A DNA stretch of 64,000 nucleotides from Pyrinomonadaceae bacterium (GCA_046313635.1 JBKBYA010000001.1:620340-684339), one strand, 5' to 3'. Numbered from the stretch's first letter, positions 1 through 14,685 are shown. Notes: generated by a model not told the origin, from the letters alone. Made by a program: numbers and translations.

Positions 1-1131
1 CTCTCGCACGAGCTTCGGACGCCGCTTAACGCGATCCTCGGCTGGACGCGGCTCTTGACCCGGGGCCATCTTGACGAGTCGTCGGCTCGCGACGCGCTCG
101 ACGCGATCGATCGGAATGCGAGCCTGCAGTCGCGCCTTATCGAGGACATGCTCGACGTCTCGCGGATAATGTCGGGCAAGATGCGCCTCGACGCGCAGGC
201 GGTCGACCCGACCGTCGTCATCAACGCCGCGGTCGACACGCTTAGACCGGCCGCAGATGCCAAGGACATCAGAATCTCAACGACATTGAGCTTCGGGTCT
301 GGAGCGGTGCTCGGCGATCCTGTACGGCTGCAGCAGGTCGTCTGGAACCTGCTCTCCAACGCGATCAAGTTCACGCCGCGAGGCGGCCGCGTAACCGTCT
401 CGCTGCATAAGATCGATAACCAATTTGAAATAACCGTGTCCGACAACGGACCGGGCATCGATGAAGAATTCCTGCCGTACGTCTTTGAGCGTTTCAGACA
501 GGGCGACAGCTCGACGACCAAACGCTTTGGCGGCCTCGGCCTCGGCCTGACGATCGCGCGGCAGCTCGTCGAGATGCAGGGCGGGACGATCGAGGCGTCC
601 AATCTGGAGTCTGGCGGGGCGCAATTCGTCGTCAAGCTTCCCGAGCTGGGTTACGCGAGAACGCCTTCGGTCGAGCGAGCGACAGACTCGTCGCCACTGG
701 ACGTATCGTCGCTGGTCGAGTACCCGGCCGAGCTGCGCGGCGTAAAAGTGCTTGCCGTCGACGACGACGACGACTCGCGCGAGCTGCTCGAGACGATGCT
801 GCGCCAGAGCGGAAGCGAGGTCGTCACGTGCAGTTCGGTCGAGGCCGCTCTCGACGCTCTGAAGGGATTTTCGCCGGATGTCATTGTGTCGGACATCGGT
901 ATGCCGGGCGAGGACGGCTACTCGCTCATTCGCAAGATCCGAGAAGCCGAAAACGCGTGCGCCGGAACGCCGGCCATCGCGCTCACCGCATTCGCACGTT
1001 CTGAAGACCGGATGCGCGCACTTGCGGCCGGCTTTAATATGCACGTGCCCAAACCGGTCGAACCCGCCGAGCTGCTGATGGTGATCTCCAGCCTGATCAG
1101 ACACGAGCGACAGTCGAGGCCCCACGCCTAG
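1..1131 (+). CDS. Hybrid sensor histidine kinase/response regulator, 5'-truncated by window edge
   Basis: Frame open from base 1: H-box LSHELRTPLNAILGW, N-box NLLSNAIKFT, G-boxes DNGPGI and GGLGLGL, C-terminal receiver (VLAVDDD, SDIGMP, KP). Confidence 0.95.
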   Translation, partial: LSHELRTPLNAILGWTRLLTRGHLDESSARDALDAIDRNASLQSRLIEDMLDVSRIMSGKMRLDAQAVDPTVVINAAVDTLRPAADAKDIRISTTLSFGSGAVLGDPVRLQQVVWNLLSNAIKFTPRGGRVTVSLHKIDNQFEITVSDNGPGIDEEFLPYVFERFRQGDSSTTKRFGGLGLGLTIARQLVEMQGGTIEASNLESGGAQFVVKLPELGYARTPSVERATDSSPLDVSSLVEYPAELRGVKVLAVDDDDDSRELLETMLRQSGSEVVTCSSVEAALDALKGFSPDVIVSDIGMPGEDGYSLIRKIREAENACAGTPAIALTAFARSEDRMRALAAGFNMHVPKPVEPAELLMVISSLIRHERQSRPHA

Positions 1132-1209
1132 GCCCGCTCGGACGGACGACCCGTTTGCCTATCCAAATTCCCGCGGCTATCATTCCCTTTACACTTCTCG
1201 GAGGAATAA

Positions 1210-2541
<1,332 letters not shown>

Positions 2542-2795
2542 CCAAAGCGCCGACGGGCGCTCGCGACGACCTTGATGTTTCGGTCCTTTTGTGCAAAATA
2601 GACTCGCAGGTCGCGGCCCGGCTCGGTACCGCGATCCTACTGGACGCGACCTAACCGCGGCCAGAGTCCAGCCAACGCACATTCTTTTGATATCATCAAT
2701 AATCAGAACGGATAGACCGGATAGTCCCGGTCGTTCCGGGCCAGGGAACGCAGACTTCGGCCAGTGAGAAGCGGCGTTCTTCAGGAGAGAAGTAA

Positions 2796-4013
<1,218 letters not shown>

Positions 4014-4036
4014 CCGCGACGACCGCTCGAAGCCTT

Positions 4037-4066
4037 AAAGGGGCACTCCTCGGAGTGCCTCTTTTT
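4037..4066 (+). terminator. Rho-independent terminator, possibly bidirectional
   Basis: aaaGGGGCACTCc-tc-GGAGTGCCTC-ttttt between convergent genes. Confidence 0.75.
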
Positions 4067-4106
4067 ATATTCGCGAATGCAAATATGAGTTGAACGGCGG
4101 GGCCGG

Positions 4107-5282
4107 TCAGATGGCGTCCAGAGCCTTTTCGATATCGGCGATGAGGTCGACGACGTCCTCGATCCCGACCGACATCCGAATAAGCCCGTCGCTGATCCCG
4201 GCAAGCCGCCGCTCCTCGACCGGAATGGTCGAGTGCGTCATCGATGCCGCGTGCTGGACGAGCGTCTCTACGCCGCCGAGGGAGGTGGCGATCGAGCAGA
4301 GCCGGACGTTATTGACGAACGACTTGCCGGCCGCGACCGAGCCGAGGTCGAACGACAGCATCCCGCCAAAGCCGGTCATCTGACGTTTCGCGACGTCGTG
4401 GTTAGGATGGGACGGCAGACCTGGATAATGCGTGGCTGCAACTTCAGGCCGGGAGCTCAACACATCTGCGATGGCAGATGCGTTTGCGTTATGACGTTCC
4501 ATACGCAGGGCGAGCGTCTTGATCCCGCGCATCACGAGCCACGCGACCTGAGGGGCGATCGTGCCGCCGAAGAGCTTGATCGCGGTTCGACGCATCTGCT
4601 GAAGCATATCTATTCGTCCGACGACGAGCCCGGCCGTCAGATCGCTGTGGCCGCCGAGATACTTCGTCCCCGAGTGGAGCACCAGGTCGGCCCCAAGCTC
4701 GATCGGGCGCTGGTTGAAAGGCGTGGCGAAGGTGTTGTCGACCACGGTCGCGACCCCGTGCTCGCGCGCAATGTCGGCGACGGCCCGTATATCGGTGATC
4801 TTCAGCAGCGGATTAGACGGCGACTCGATCCAGATCAACCGAGTGTTAGGCCGCATCGCGTCGGCGTACTCGTCCGCGCTTTGGGCGTCGACAAAGCTGG
4901 TTTCGATCCCAAAATTCTCGCCTAGATAGCGGAGTAGATTTGTTGTCGTCGCGTACATCGACCGCGGGGCGACGATATGCTCGCCCGAGCGCACGTTTGC
5001 GAGGACCGCCGAGCTGACCGCCGCCATTCCCGACGTAAAAGCGAGCCCCGCTTCAGCATTCTCGAGTTGAGCGATCGTCTTCTCGAGGGCTTCGGTGGTC
5101 GGATTGCCGAGCCGCCCGTAGTAATAGCCGGGCTTAAATTCGTTATGGATCGCCTCGGCCTCTTCCGCGTCGCTAAAAGCAAATACGGAGGCGTTGTAGA
5201 TGGGCACCGAGAGGGCTCCGTGGTGCTGCTGACGGTCCTCGCCGGCATGGACCGCGAGGGTGTACAAGGATTCGCTTTTCAT
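4107..5282 (-). CDS. PLP-dependent trans-sulfuration enzyme (cystathionine gamma-synthase/lyase, methionine gamma-lyase family)
   Basis: YGRLGNPT, FTSGMAA, ESPSNP, DNTFATP, PLP lysine in HSGTKYLGGHSD, SLGGVETL, RMSVGIED. Confidence 0.93.
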   Translation of the reverse strand: MKSESLYTLAVHAGEDRQQHHGALSVPIYNASVFAFSDAEEAEAIHNEFKPGYYYGRLGNPTTEALEKTIAQLENAEAGLAFTSGMAAVSSAVLANVRSGEHIVAPRSMYATTTNLLRYLGENFGIETSFVDAQSADEYADAMRPNTRLIWIESPSNPLLKITDIRAVADIAREHGVATVVDNTFATPFNQRPIELGADLVLHSGTKYLGGHSDLTAGLVVGRIDMLQQMRRTAIKLFGGTIAPQVAWLVMRGIKTLALRMERHNANASAIADVLSSRPEVAATHYPGLPSHPNHDVAKRQMTGFGGMLSFDLGSVAAGKSFVNNVRLCSIATSLGGVETLVQHAASMTHSTIPVEERRLAGISDGLIRMSVGIEDVVDLIADIEKALDAI

Positions 5283-5477
5283 CTTGTTATGACCGGTGAA
5301 ATATTAATTGTGCCGTCGGGGCGGCGCAAGCACGGCGTCGGGCGGAAGCGCGGGTCGGGAGGCGGGCGACTGAACTGTATCGACGTATGCGGGAAAGCAG
5401 AGGCGAGCGATGCGAAACATCTGCGATCGCGAATATACATAAAGACAAAGCAGCAAAATTCTGTTAGATTCTCTGCT

Positions 5478-6035
5478 ATGACAGGACCGGCAGACTATCT
5501 AAAAGAATTGGAAAGCCTCTATCTCGCGCTTGCCGACCGCACACGGCTGCGGCTTCTCAACCTGATGAAGCACGGTGAGACATGCGTCTGCTTTTTCAGC
5601 GAGGTGCTTGGTGACAGCCAGCCAAAGGTCTCGCGGCATCTCGCGTACCTGCGCGGCGCCGGCCTGGTCGAGACGAGGCGCGAGGGGAAATGGGTCCATT
5701 ACAGTATCCGTTGGCCCGAGGATGACGGCCGCATGCGGATACTCTCGGCGGCGCTCGGGTGTCTCGACGGGCTTGCTCAGGCGCGTGAGGATGTCGAACG
5801 CTATCGAGAGATCTGCGGCAGCCCGGAACGACTTGCCGCCGTCGCCCGATCGCCGATGCCATTCATTGAGCAGAAGCTTGGCCTAGAGACGACCTCTGCG
5901 AAGCGACCGTTGACGGGCCCGGCTGCCGACGGAGTCGCGACCGACGACGCTTTCGATCCGGGCGGGCCTGGGCCGTCGGAACGTGGCTTCGAACGCTCCG
6001 CCGCGCACAATGAGCTTGAAGAGTTCTTACTATGA
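5478..6035 (+). CDS. ArsR/SmtB family regulator with C-terminal extension
   Basis: ALADRTRLRLL, ETCVC, SQPKVSRHLAYLR, RREGKWVHY; ATG 5478 preferred over the track start 4977, which overlaps the opposite-strand gene. Confidence 0.88.
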   Translation: MTGPADYLKELESLYLALADRTRLRLLNLMKHGETCVCFFSEVLGDSQPKVSRHLAYLRGAGLVETRREGKWVHYSIRWPEDDGRMRILSAALGCLDGLAQAREDVERYREICGSPERLAAVARSPMPFIEQKLGLETTSAKRPLTGPAADGVATDDAFDPGGPGPSERGFERSAAHNELEEFLL

Positions 6036-6111
6036 CCACTCGTCCGGCGACGCGGCGCGCTCAGAGCGCGTGTGCGAAACGTCCAAGATCTGACGCCGAC
6101 ACCGCCCGAGA

Positions 6112-6855
6112 TCAGCGGCGCAATTCAAACAGCGACAAAAACTCCTTGTTGCCTTCGGCCCCGAGGATCGGCGACTCGATCGTGCCGCGGACCGCGAGGC
6201 CGAGAGCTCCGGCCGCGGCGTTGACCTCGCCGACGACGCGCTGGTGTTTTTCCGCCTCGCGGACGATGCCGCCCTTGCCGACCTCGCCGCGTCCGACCTC
6301 GAATTGCGGCTTGACGAGCGAAACGATGCGCCCGCCGGCGGCGAGCAGAGGTACAAGCGCGGGCAGGATCTTGGTCACCGAAATGAACGAGACGTCCATC
6401 ACGACGAGGTCAAACGGCGAATCAAATTCTTCCGGCTTCAAAAAACGCGCGTTCGTATTTTCACGCACCTCCACTCGCGGGTCCGAGCGCAGCTTCCATG
6501 CGAGCTGATTCGTTCCCGAGTCGATGCACACGATGCGTGCGGCCCCGTGCTGCAGCAGGCAGTCGGTAAAGCCGCCGGTCGACGAGCCGACGTCGAGGCA
6601 CGTGAGACCGGACGGGTCGATGCCGAATTCGGCGAGCGCCTTTTCGAGCTTCAAGCCGCCGCGGCTGACGTAGCGCGACTCGGGCGAGTCGCCCTTGATG
6701 CGGATCGCGGCGTCCGGCGCAAAGGCTTCGGAGACCTTTTCGACGCGGCGTTCGTCGACGAGGACGACGCCGGCCATGACCATCGCCTGTGCCTTTGTGC
6801 GAGAGTCGGCGAGCCCGCGCGCGAGCAGCAGTTTGTCGATCCGCTCTTTTTTCAT
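6112..6855 (-). CDS. tlyA: TlyA family rRNA 2'-O-methyltransferase
   Basis: S4 domain, YVSRGGLKL, LDVGSSTGGFTD, MDVSFIS, LVKPQFE, GNKEF. Confidence 0.95.
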   Translation of the reverse strand: MKKERIDKLLLARGLADSRTKAQAMVMAGVVLVDERRVEKVSEAFAPDAAIRIKGDSPESRYVSRGGLKLEKALAEFGIDPSGLTCLDVGSSTGGFTDCLLQHGAARIVCIDSGTNQLAWKLRSDPRVEVRENTNARFLKPEEFDSPFDLVVMDVSFISVTKILPALVPLLAAGGRIVSLVKPQFEVGRGEVGKGGIVREAEKHQRVVGEVNAAAGALGLAVRGTIESPILGAEGNKEFLSLFELRR

Positions 6856-6938
6856 CAGTGACGCATCTTTGAGGAGTTAGCCGGAATGATTTTAGCCTAT
6901 TTAAGTCGGCACGCCCGGCGGTGCTATCGTATACGCAA

Positions 6939-7928
6939 ATGGAAAGAGACCGTGCAAGGCTCAACGGATTTGCTCGATACGCGTGGTTCGCTCTCGGTTA
7001 CAACCTGCTCGTGATCTTGTGGGGCGTCTTTTTGAGAGCGTCAAAGTCGGGCGACGGGTGCGGGCAGCATTGGCTGACGTGTCATGGCGAGGTCGTGCCG
7101 TCGGCGCCTGAGCTGAAGACGGTGATCGAGTTTTCGCACCGGATGATGAGCGCTCTCGACGGGCTCGTGATGCTCGTGCTGCTCGTTTGGGCCGTCGCGA
7201 TCTGGCGGCGAACACGCACCGCACAGTCGCGCACGGTCATGCGTCTCGCGATCGGTTCTTTCATCTTCATAATCACCGAAGCCCTAGTCGGTGCGGGGCT
7301 CGTGCTCACGGGCAACACCGCCGAGACGCTGACGCCGACGCGGCCCTTCTGGATGGCGGGGCATCTGATCAATACGTTCATACTGCTCGCGTTTTTGAGC
7401 CTGACCGCGTGGGCGGCGAGCGGTGAAGGCCGTGCGCCGATGCGATTTGTTTATGAGAGGCGGATCGTGATCGCTGCGGCCATCGGTCTCGCGCTGATCC
7501 TGCTTGTCGGCGTGACGGGTTCGGTCGCGGCGCTGAGCAGCATGATCTTTCCGTCGGAGTCACTTAGCGAGGGACTCGCCAAAGACTTTTCCGCGACGTC
7601 AAACATGCTTCTCCGAATACGGCCATTCCACCCGATCGTGTCGATCGCGGCGGTGATGTACCTCGTCTTCTTCTCAGGCTGGTTGAGAAAGTGGTCTGAT
7701 CAGAACGGCGGCGTCGTGCGGTGGTCAAACGTTCTCTCGCTGCTGGCACTCGTGCAGCTCGTTTTTGGCGGAGCGACGCTGCTTATGCTCTCGCCGATCG
7801 TGATGCAGCTCGGGCATCTCCTGCTGGCCGATCTGATATGGATCAGCTTTGTCCTGCTGACGGTAAGCTACCTGAACGCAGGCTCGAGAGTCGCGGTCGA
7901 TGCCCCGCGAGCAACGGCGGCCGTTTAG
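6939..7928 (+). CDS. COX15/CtaA family heme A synthase
   Basis: SGDGCGQHWLTCHG Cys pair, IEFSHR, multiple TM helices with conserved His. Confidence 0.85.
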   Translation: MERDRARLNGFARYAWFALGYNLLVILWGVFLRASKSGDGCGQHWLTCHGEVVPSAPELKTVIEFSHRMMSALDGLVMLVLLVWAVAIWRRTRTAQSRTVMRLAIGSFIFIITEALVGAGLVLTGNTAETLTPTRPFWMAGHLINTFILLAFLSLTAWAASGEGRAPMRFVYERRIVIAAAIGLALILLVGVTGSVAALSSMIFPSESLSEGLAKDFSATSNMLLRIRPFHPIVSIAAVMYLVFFSGWLRKWSDQNGGVVRWSNVLSLLALVQLVFGGATLLMLSPIVMQLGHLLLADLIWISFVLLTVSYLNAGSRVAVDAPRATAAV

Positions 7929-7940
7929 CGTCCGACCTTT

Positions 7941-8024
7941 TCTCTGCGTTCTATGCGTCTATAGTCTTTGCGTCCTTTGCGGCTTCTCTTATCAGGGATG
8001 CTAGATCGCAGAGAACGCAAAGGG
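7941..8024. repeat. Inverted array of ~9-bp units (tctYtgcgt / cgcaRagRR)
   Basis: tctctgcgt tctatgcgt..tctttgcgt cctttgcgg opposed by cgcagagaa cgcaaaggg; between convergent genes. Confidence 0.65.
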
Positions 8025-8041
8025 CTGCGCCGAACGATCGG

Positions 8042-8746
8042 TCAAATTTCTCTCCACTTCTTGCCGCGCTCGACGAGCGAGTCGAGTGAGCTTTGGAGCT
8101 CGGCGAGTTTGGCGTCGATCTCGGGTTCGGACGCGTTGCCGTCGACGTAGATCGGCGGGGCGATGATCACCTTCACACGCGAGAACGGCCGCGGGATCTG
8201 CAGGCGGTCCCAACTTCGGACGGTCCAATACCTTTTGCATTCGACGACGAAGGGCATCATCGGATTGCTGGTCTTTTTTGCGAGAAGAACGGGGCCTTTT
8301 TTTGCGGCGTAGCGAGGCCCGCGTGGGCCGTCGACGGTGAACGCCATTGGAGCTCCGGCGCGCATCAGCCGGATCATTTCGACGAGCGCTCCGACGCCGC
8401 CGCGCGACGACGAGCCGCGCACTACGCCGTAGCCGAGCCGCTGGATGAATCGTGCGATGTATTCGCCGTCGAGGCTTTGCGAGGTGATGACGACGATCTT
8501 TCGGTTGCGAAAAAAGTACGTGCCCGCAAAGATCCGGTCGTGCCAAAAGCAGTAGATCGGCACGCGGCCGTCCGCCGCGATCTGCTCATAGTTGTCCCAG
8601 CCCTCGACCTCGTATCTGAGAGTGCTCCCGATCGCGCGTATCAAAGTGTAAAAGCCGAGGTCGGCCATTCGGATCAGAAGCCGGTCCTTGAGCCGAAAAC
8701 GATCGATCGGCGCGTGGCGATAAACGTTGTCGAGTTCGGAGGGCAC
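8042..8746 (-). CDS. DUF374 / lysophospholipid acyltransferase family protein
   Basis: FWHDRI, SQSLDGE, VRGSSSRGG, TVDGPRGP, SWDRLQIPRPF; GTG start at 8746 is an estimate. Confidence 0.85.
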   Translation of the reverse strand: MPSELDNVYRHAPIDRFRLKDRLLIRMADLGFYTLIRAIGSTLRYEVEGWDNYEQIAADGRVPIYCFWHDRIFAGTYFFRNRKIVVITSQSLDGEYIARFIQRLGYGVVRGSSSRGGVGALVEMIRLMRAGAPMAFTVDGPRGPRYAAKKGPVLLAKKTSNPMMPFVVECKRYWTVRSWDRLQIPRPFSRVKVIIAPPIYVDGNASEPEIDAKLAELQSSLDSLVERGKKWREI

Positions 8747-8827
8747 AAATAGCAACGGGTCGGGATATAGGTTATTATCTGCAACAGGATGGGGCAAACC
8801 CTCGTACAGCCCTGCGGTAGTCCACGA

Positions 8828-9640
8828 ATGCAGCGACGCATCTTGATAATCGACGATCACAACGACCTTGCCGAGGCGCTGGACGAGGTATTCACGCACA
8901 CCGGGCACGAGGTCGACGTGGTCGTTGACCGCGACTCGGCACTCGCTCTCGACGACATCACCGGGTACGACATCGTCATCACAGACCTCGACGTCGAGCC
9001 GGCCGCCGCCGCGCCGGATGCGAATGGCGACGCTCCGCATTGCCTGCCGCGATTCGACGCTGAGGCCGCGGTCGAGGAACGCATCAAGGCCTTCAAGATC
9101 TGCGCTTCAAACTTTCGCCGCGACGAGCAGTTTGACGAGGACGAACTCAATAGTTTTTTCGCGACGATCCTCGATTACAAGATCCGCTTTGTCGACAGCG
9201 AAGAGAACGTCCGCGACCTGCACGAGAATATCGAGTTCGAGCTGCCGAGCGCCGTCTCGCTGATGCACGTCATCCTCGAATACCTCATGAAGCGCGTCGA
9301 GAAGCTCGGCGTCTGCAAGCCCGACCAAAACAATCTCTACATCGCGCTCGACGAGGCATTCGTCAACGCCGTGAAGCACGGCAACAAGTTCGACGTCGCA
9401 AAGCTCGTCCGCGTCGTCGCCGACATCTCGTCGCGCGAGGCACGTTTTACGATCGAGGACGAGGGCGAGGGCTTTGACGTCAACAACATTCCCGACCCGC
9501 TCGACCCGGCCAACCTCTTCAAACCATCCGGCCGCGGCGTGCTCTTTATCTACAACATCATGGACGAGGTCAAATACAACGACCGCGGCAACCGCCTCAC
9601 AATGGTCAAACGCAGCGAAGCCGAGCCGGTCATCGAATAG
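8828..9640 (+). CDS. Receiver-like domain fused to RsbW-type anti-sigma/Ser kinase HATPase domain
   Basis: ILIIDDH..DIVITDL; C-terminal ALDEAFVNAVKHGN, DEGEGFD, SGRGVLFI. Confidence 0.85.
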   Translation: MQRRILIIDDHNDLAEALDEVFTHTGHEVDVVVDRDSALALDDITGYDIVITDLDVEPAAAAPDANGDAPHCLPRFDAEAAVEERIKAFKICASNFRRDEQFDEDELNSFFATILDYKIRFVDSEENVRDLHENIEFELPSAVSLMHVILEYLMKRVEKLGVCKPDQNNLYIALDEAFVNAVKHGNKFDVAKLVRVVADISSREARFTIEDEGEGFDVNNIPDPLDPANLFKPSGRGVLFIYNIMDEVKYNDRGNRLTMVKRSEAEPVIE

Positions 9641-9818
9641 ATCACCGAGTCCGAAGCCCGGCCGTTCGGGGATCAAAAGCAGATCGATCGTTTCCGGATC
9701 TCGCATCTGAAATAACTGGTGGAGAATCGTCAAAATCGCAGACTCGACCGATAATTTTCCGCTCGGCGGCGGGCGACCTCTTGATACGCTTCGCTTGGCC
9801 GGGTGTATTATTTAGCCG

Positions 9819-12316
<2,498 letters not shown>

Positions 12317-12359
12317 GGATCTCGTTGTGGGGTGCATTGAGACCGGTGTCGGCTGCGCC

Positions 12360-12519
12360 GATCTATTTGCGGAAAAGCTCTGCTTTTCCGTCGGCCGACT
12401 CCAACCATTTCCGAGGCTGCGCCTTCGTTTGGCGGCGTAGCCGCCGGAGAGTTTGAGAAGCCAGGCGCGGAAAAGCATAGCTTTTCCGCACATAGACGGG
12501 CAGAGCCCGAAGAAGTTGA
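12360..12519. repeat. REP-like palindromic element (CGGAAAAGC..GCTTTTCCG core), two inverted copies
   Basis: gatctatttgcggaaaagctctgcttttccg and gcggaaaagcatagcttttccgcacatagacgggcagagcccgaagaagttga; the tail recurs at 24376-24415. Confidence 0.75.
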
Positions 12520-12592
12520 ACCACGATCGGACCGGCGCGGCGCCCACGGCTGACGGGCGTCCGGGAGTGAGGCCGACAGCCCGTTCCGAATG

Positions 12593-12624
12593 CAAAAAGA
12601 GACCGCCTTTTCAGACAGCCTCTT
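12593..12624 (-). terminator. Terminator-like hairpin
   Basis: Minus strand aagaggctgtc-tgaaaa-ggcggtctcttttt downstream of the CDS ending at 12650. Confidence 0.55.
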
Positions 12625-12649
12625 CATTCCGACGGGCGAGCTATGCAGT

Positions 12650-13153
12650 TTACTTCTCGGCTTCTTTCAGGTCGTTGACCTTCACGCCCTTAATCTGGAA
12701 TTCGGCTATGAGCTGGCGCCAGTTGTTGTCGCCGGTCTGCATTACCGCAAACTCCTTTTCGGTCTGGATGGTCATCCAGTGCTTTTTCTTTTTGACGAAC
12801 AGGAAGGGCAGAGCAAAGATCACACCTACAAGCAACGCGGTCGCGACAGCACCGCCGCCCGAGAGCATCGGCTTTTTCGAATACGAATGGTCGGCCTGCT
12901 TGATGTCGGCATAGGCAAACTCTTTCGTTTCGCCTTTGAACTCCGCCTTGTCCGGGATGACCGAAACAGTTTTTTCTCCGAAGACGATATCCGCGTCGGT
13001 CATCACGCTCTTGTCGCCCCGCTTGACCGCGAGCTCGACATCGTATCGCTGAGACGTCTGAGCAAATGCCGAAGTGACCGCCAAAACCGAAACCACGATC
13101 AACAGCGTCACGAACCGACGCGCAAAAATACCGAAGTGGGAAATCCTAAACAT
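12650..13153 (-). CDS. Secreted/membrane hypothetical protein
   Basis: GGAGG RBS before ATG 13153; signal peptide ending AFA; one internal TM segment followed by KKKK. Confidence 0.75.
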   Translation of the reverse strand: MFRISHFGIFARRFVTLLIVVSVLAVTSAFAQTSQRYDVELAVKRGDKSVMTDADIVFGEKTVSVIPDKAEFKGETKEFAYADIKQADHSYSKKPMLSGGGAVATALLVGVIFALPFLFVKKKKHWMTIQTEKEFAVMQTGDNNWRQLIAEFQIKGVKVNDLKEAEK

Positions 13154-13308
13154 CCAATTTGTCCTCCGAAAGAATAAGTTGCGAGCCGACGAAGTGTATT
13201 CGCTCAACCTGAACAAAGTCAATTCGAAATACCCGTGGTGCCCGTTGGGGAGAGTCGGCGGCCCCGGCGAGGGCGGCCCGACCGGTGAAGGCACTTCGAT
13301 CGAGCATT

Positions 13309-13842
13309 TTACTTCGTCTTTACAGTAAAGACACTCAGGTTCAGATCTTTCAGTTCTTCTTTGCCTTTCGCCTCGTCAAGCAAGGCAAGTTTGGTGCGCG
13401 CCTTCCACATTCCGGCCTTGACTTGCTGCTGGAGGTAATAGGTCTTGCCGGCTTCGACAGTGAGGCGGGCGGCGTCCTGGTTTTCGGATTCCGAGCAGAT
13501 GAAATGCTCGCCCGGATCGAGCGTGATGAAAAAGTAGGTCTTGCCGCGATTGGTGCCTACCCACTTGCCGTCGACGGCGAGCTTTGAGTGGATCTTGTAG
13601 CCGATGATGGTAGTCCGCATCACGTAAACCAGAGCCTTGTCGGCCGGAGCGTCCGGCGTCGGGTGCTGATCTTTTTTTGTCTCGGCGTCGTAATCGACCT
13701 TTTCGGTCCCGCACGCCTTGGTGCGCAAAGCTATCTGTTCGCCCTCGATGTCGGGACGATAAAAGACCTTGTTTTGATCCTGTGCCGCCGCGACGACGGC
13801 GGTCAATAGGAAAGACGAAGTGAGGAGCAGCAAATTTTTCAT
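13309..13842 (-). CDS. DUF2846-like exported protein
   Basis: Signal peptide MKNLLLL..AAA; KALVYVMR, YFFITLDPGEH, VEAGKTYYLQQ. Confidence 0.75.
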   Translation of the reverse strand: MKNLLLLTSSFLLTAVVAAAQDQNKVFYRPDIEGEQIALRTKACGTEKVDYDAETKKDQHPTPDAPADKALVYVMRTTIIGYKIHSKLAVDGKWVGTNRGKTYFFITLDPGEHFICSESENQDAARLTVEAGKTYYLQQQVKAGMWKARTKLALLDEAKGKEELKDLNLSVFTVKTK

Positions 13843-13937
13843 ATGGTATCGGGAAAATTGAAAGGTAATTTCGGAGAGTACGCGGAATGTTATCACGCCC
13901 TAGGTTAAGGCGTTCAAGCCGCTGGCTGTGGACGCGG

Positions 13938-14357
13938 TCATATATCGTTCAACCAAACGATGGAGACTTCGTCTTCGACCTGCCTGAATTCGGCATCGCC
14001 GGTAACTAAGCTGGCTTTGTTTTGCTTCGCCGCGGCGGCGGCGTAGCAGTCGGCGAGGGAAATGCCGCCCTTGACCTTGAACGCCGCTGCCGTCTTGGTC
14101 AGCGGCCAATCGAGCTCGACAAACTTCACACCGATCTCCCTCAGCAGTTGGATCGTCCGGTCGGCCTCGGCAGCGCCCGCGCGGCGGGCCGAGACGTACC
14201 AGACCTCGCCGGCGTTGACGACGGTCATGAGTATTGGGACACCGTTGTCGTGAGCGTCAGCGATGAGATCGCCGACGAGTTCGGCAGCCGGCTGCTCGTC
14301 CTCGAGAAAAGCGAGCACCGCCCATGAGTCTAGTACGATCGCGCGAGCTTTACGCAT
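13938..14357 (-). CDS. vapC: VapC-type PIN-domain toxin
   Basis: VLDSWAVLA, NAGEV, SLADC, LVTGDAEF acidic PIN residues. Confidence 0.9.
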   Translation of the reverse strand: MRKARAIVLDSWAVLAFLEDEQPAAELVGDLIADAHDNGVPILMTVVNAGEVWYVSARRAGAAEADRTIQLLREIGVKFVELDWPLTKTAAAFKVKGGISLADCYAAAAAKQNKASLVTGDAEFRQVEDEVSIVWLNDI

Positions 14358-14365
14358 AAAAGACT

Positions 14366-14638
14366 CTATCGGCGCTTGGCGGGCTTTTTGCGATCGAGCT
14401 CCCTTCGCTCCGATGCTCGCTCGCGTTTTCGTTCATTAACGAGTTCCTTCAGCAGTCCCTTGCCTTTGAGTCGTCCGCGAAGGCTGTGGACGTACTCGCG
14501 GGTGATGGGTTTGAGGATGATCTGAGCGTTGTCTTCGTCAAGTTCGACGCGGATCCGCGTGCCGGATTTTATGCCGAGCTTTTGCCGTATGGAAGAAGGG
14601 ATGACGATCTGCCCCTTTGTAGTAGCCGTTGTCTCCAT
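14366..14638 (-). CDS. AbrB/MazE-fold antitoxin (VapB-like)
   Basis: TTKGQIVIPSSIRQKLGIKSG; directly upstream of the PIN toxin. Confidence 0.9.
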   Translation of the reverse strand: METTATTKGQIVIPSSIRQKLGIKSGTRIRVELDEDNAQIILKPITREYVHSLRGRLKGKGLLKELVNERKRERASERRELDRKKPAKRR

Positions 14639-14685
14639 TGTCGTACCTCAGGGCGAGTGTAGCACGAGTACGAAAGGTAAGACAA
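14638..14685 (-). promoter_or_regulatory. Putative TA promoter with overlapping inverted repeat
   Basis: Minus strand TTGTCT-18 nt-TACACT with extended TG; inverted repeat TTGTCGTACCT / AGGTAAGACAA. Confidence 0.45.

Noticed and set aside
13235..13300. GC-rich hairpin between two minus-strand genes as an ncRNA or riboswitch
   Set aside because: A single imperfect stem with no recognisable family motif
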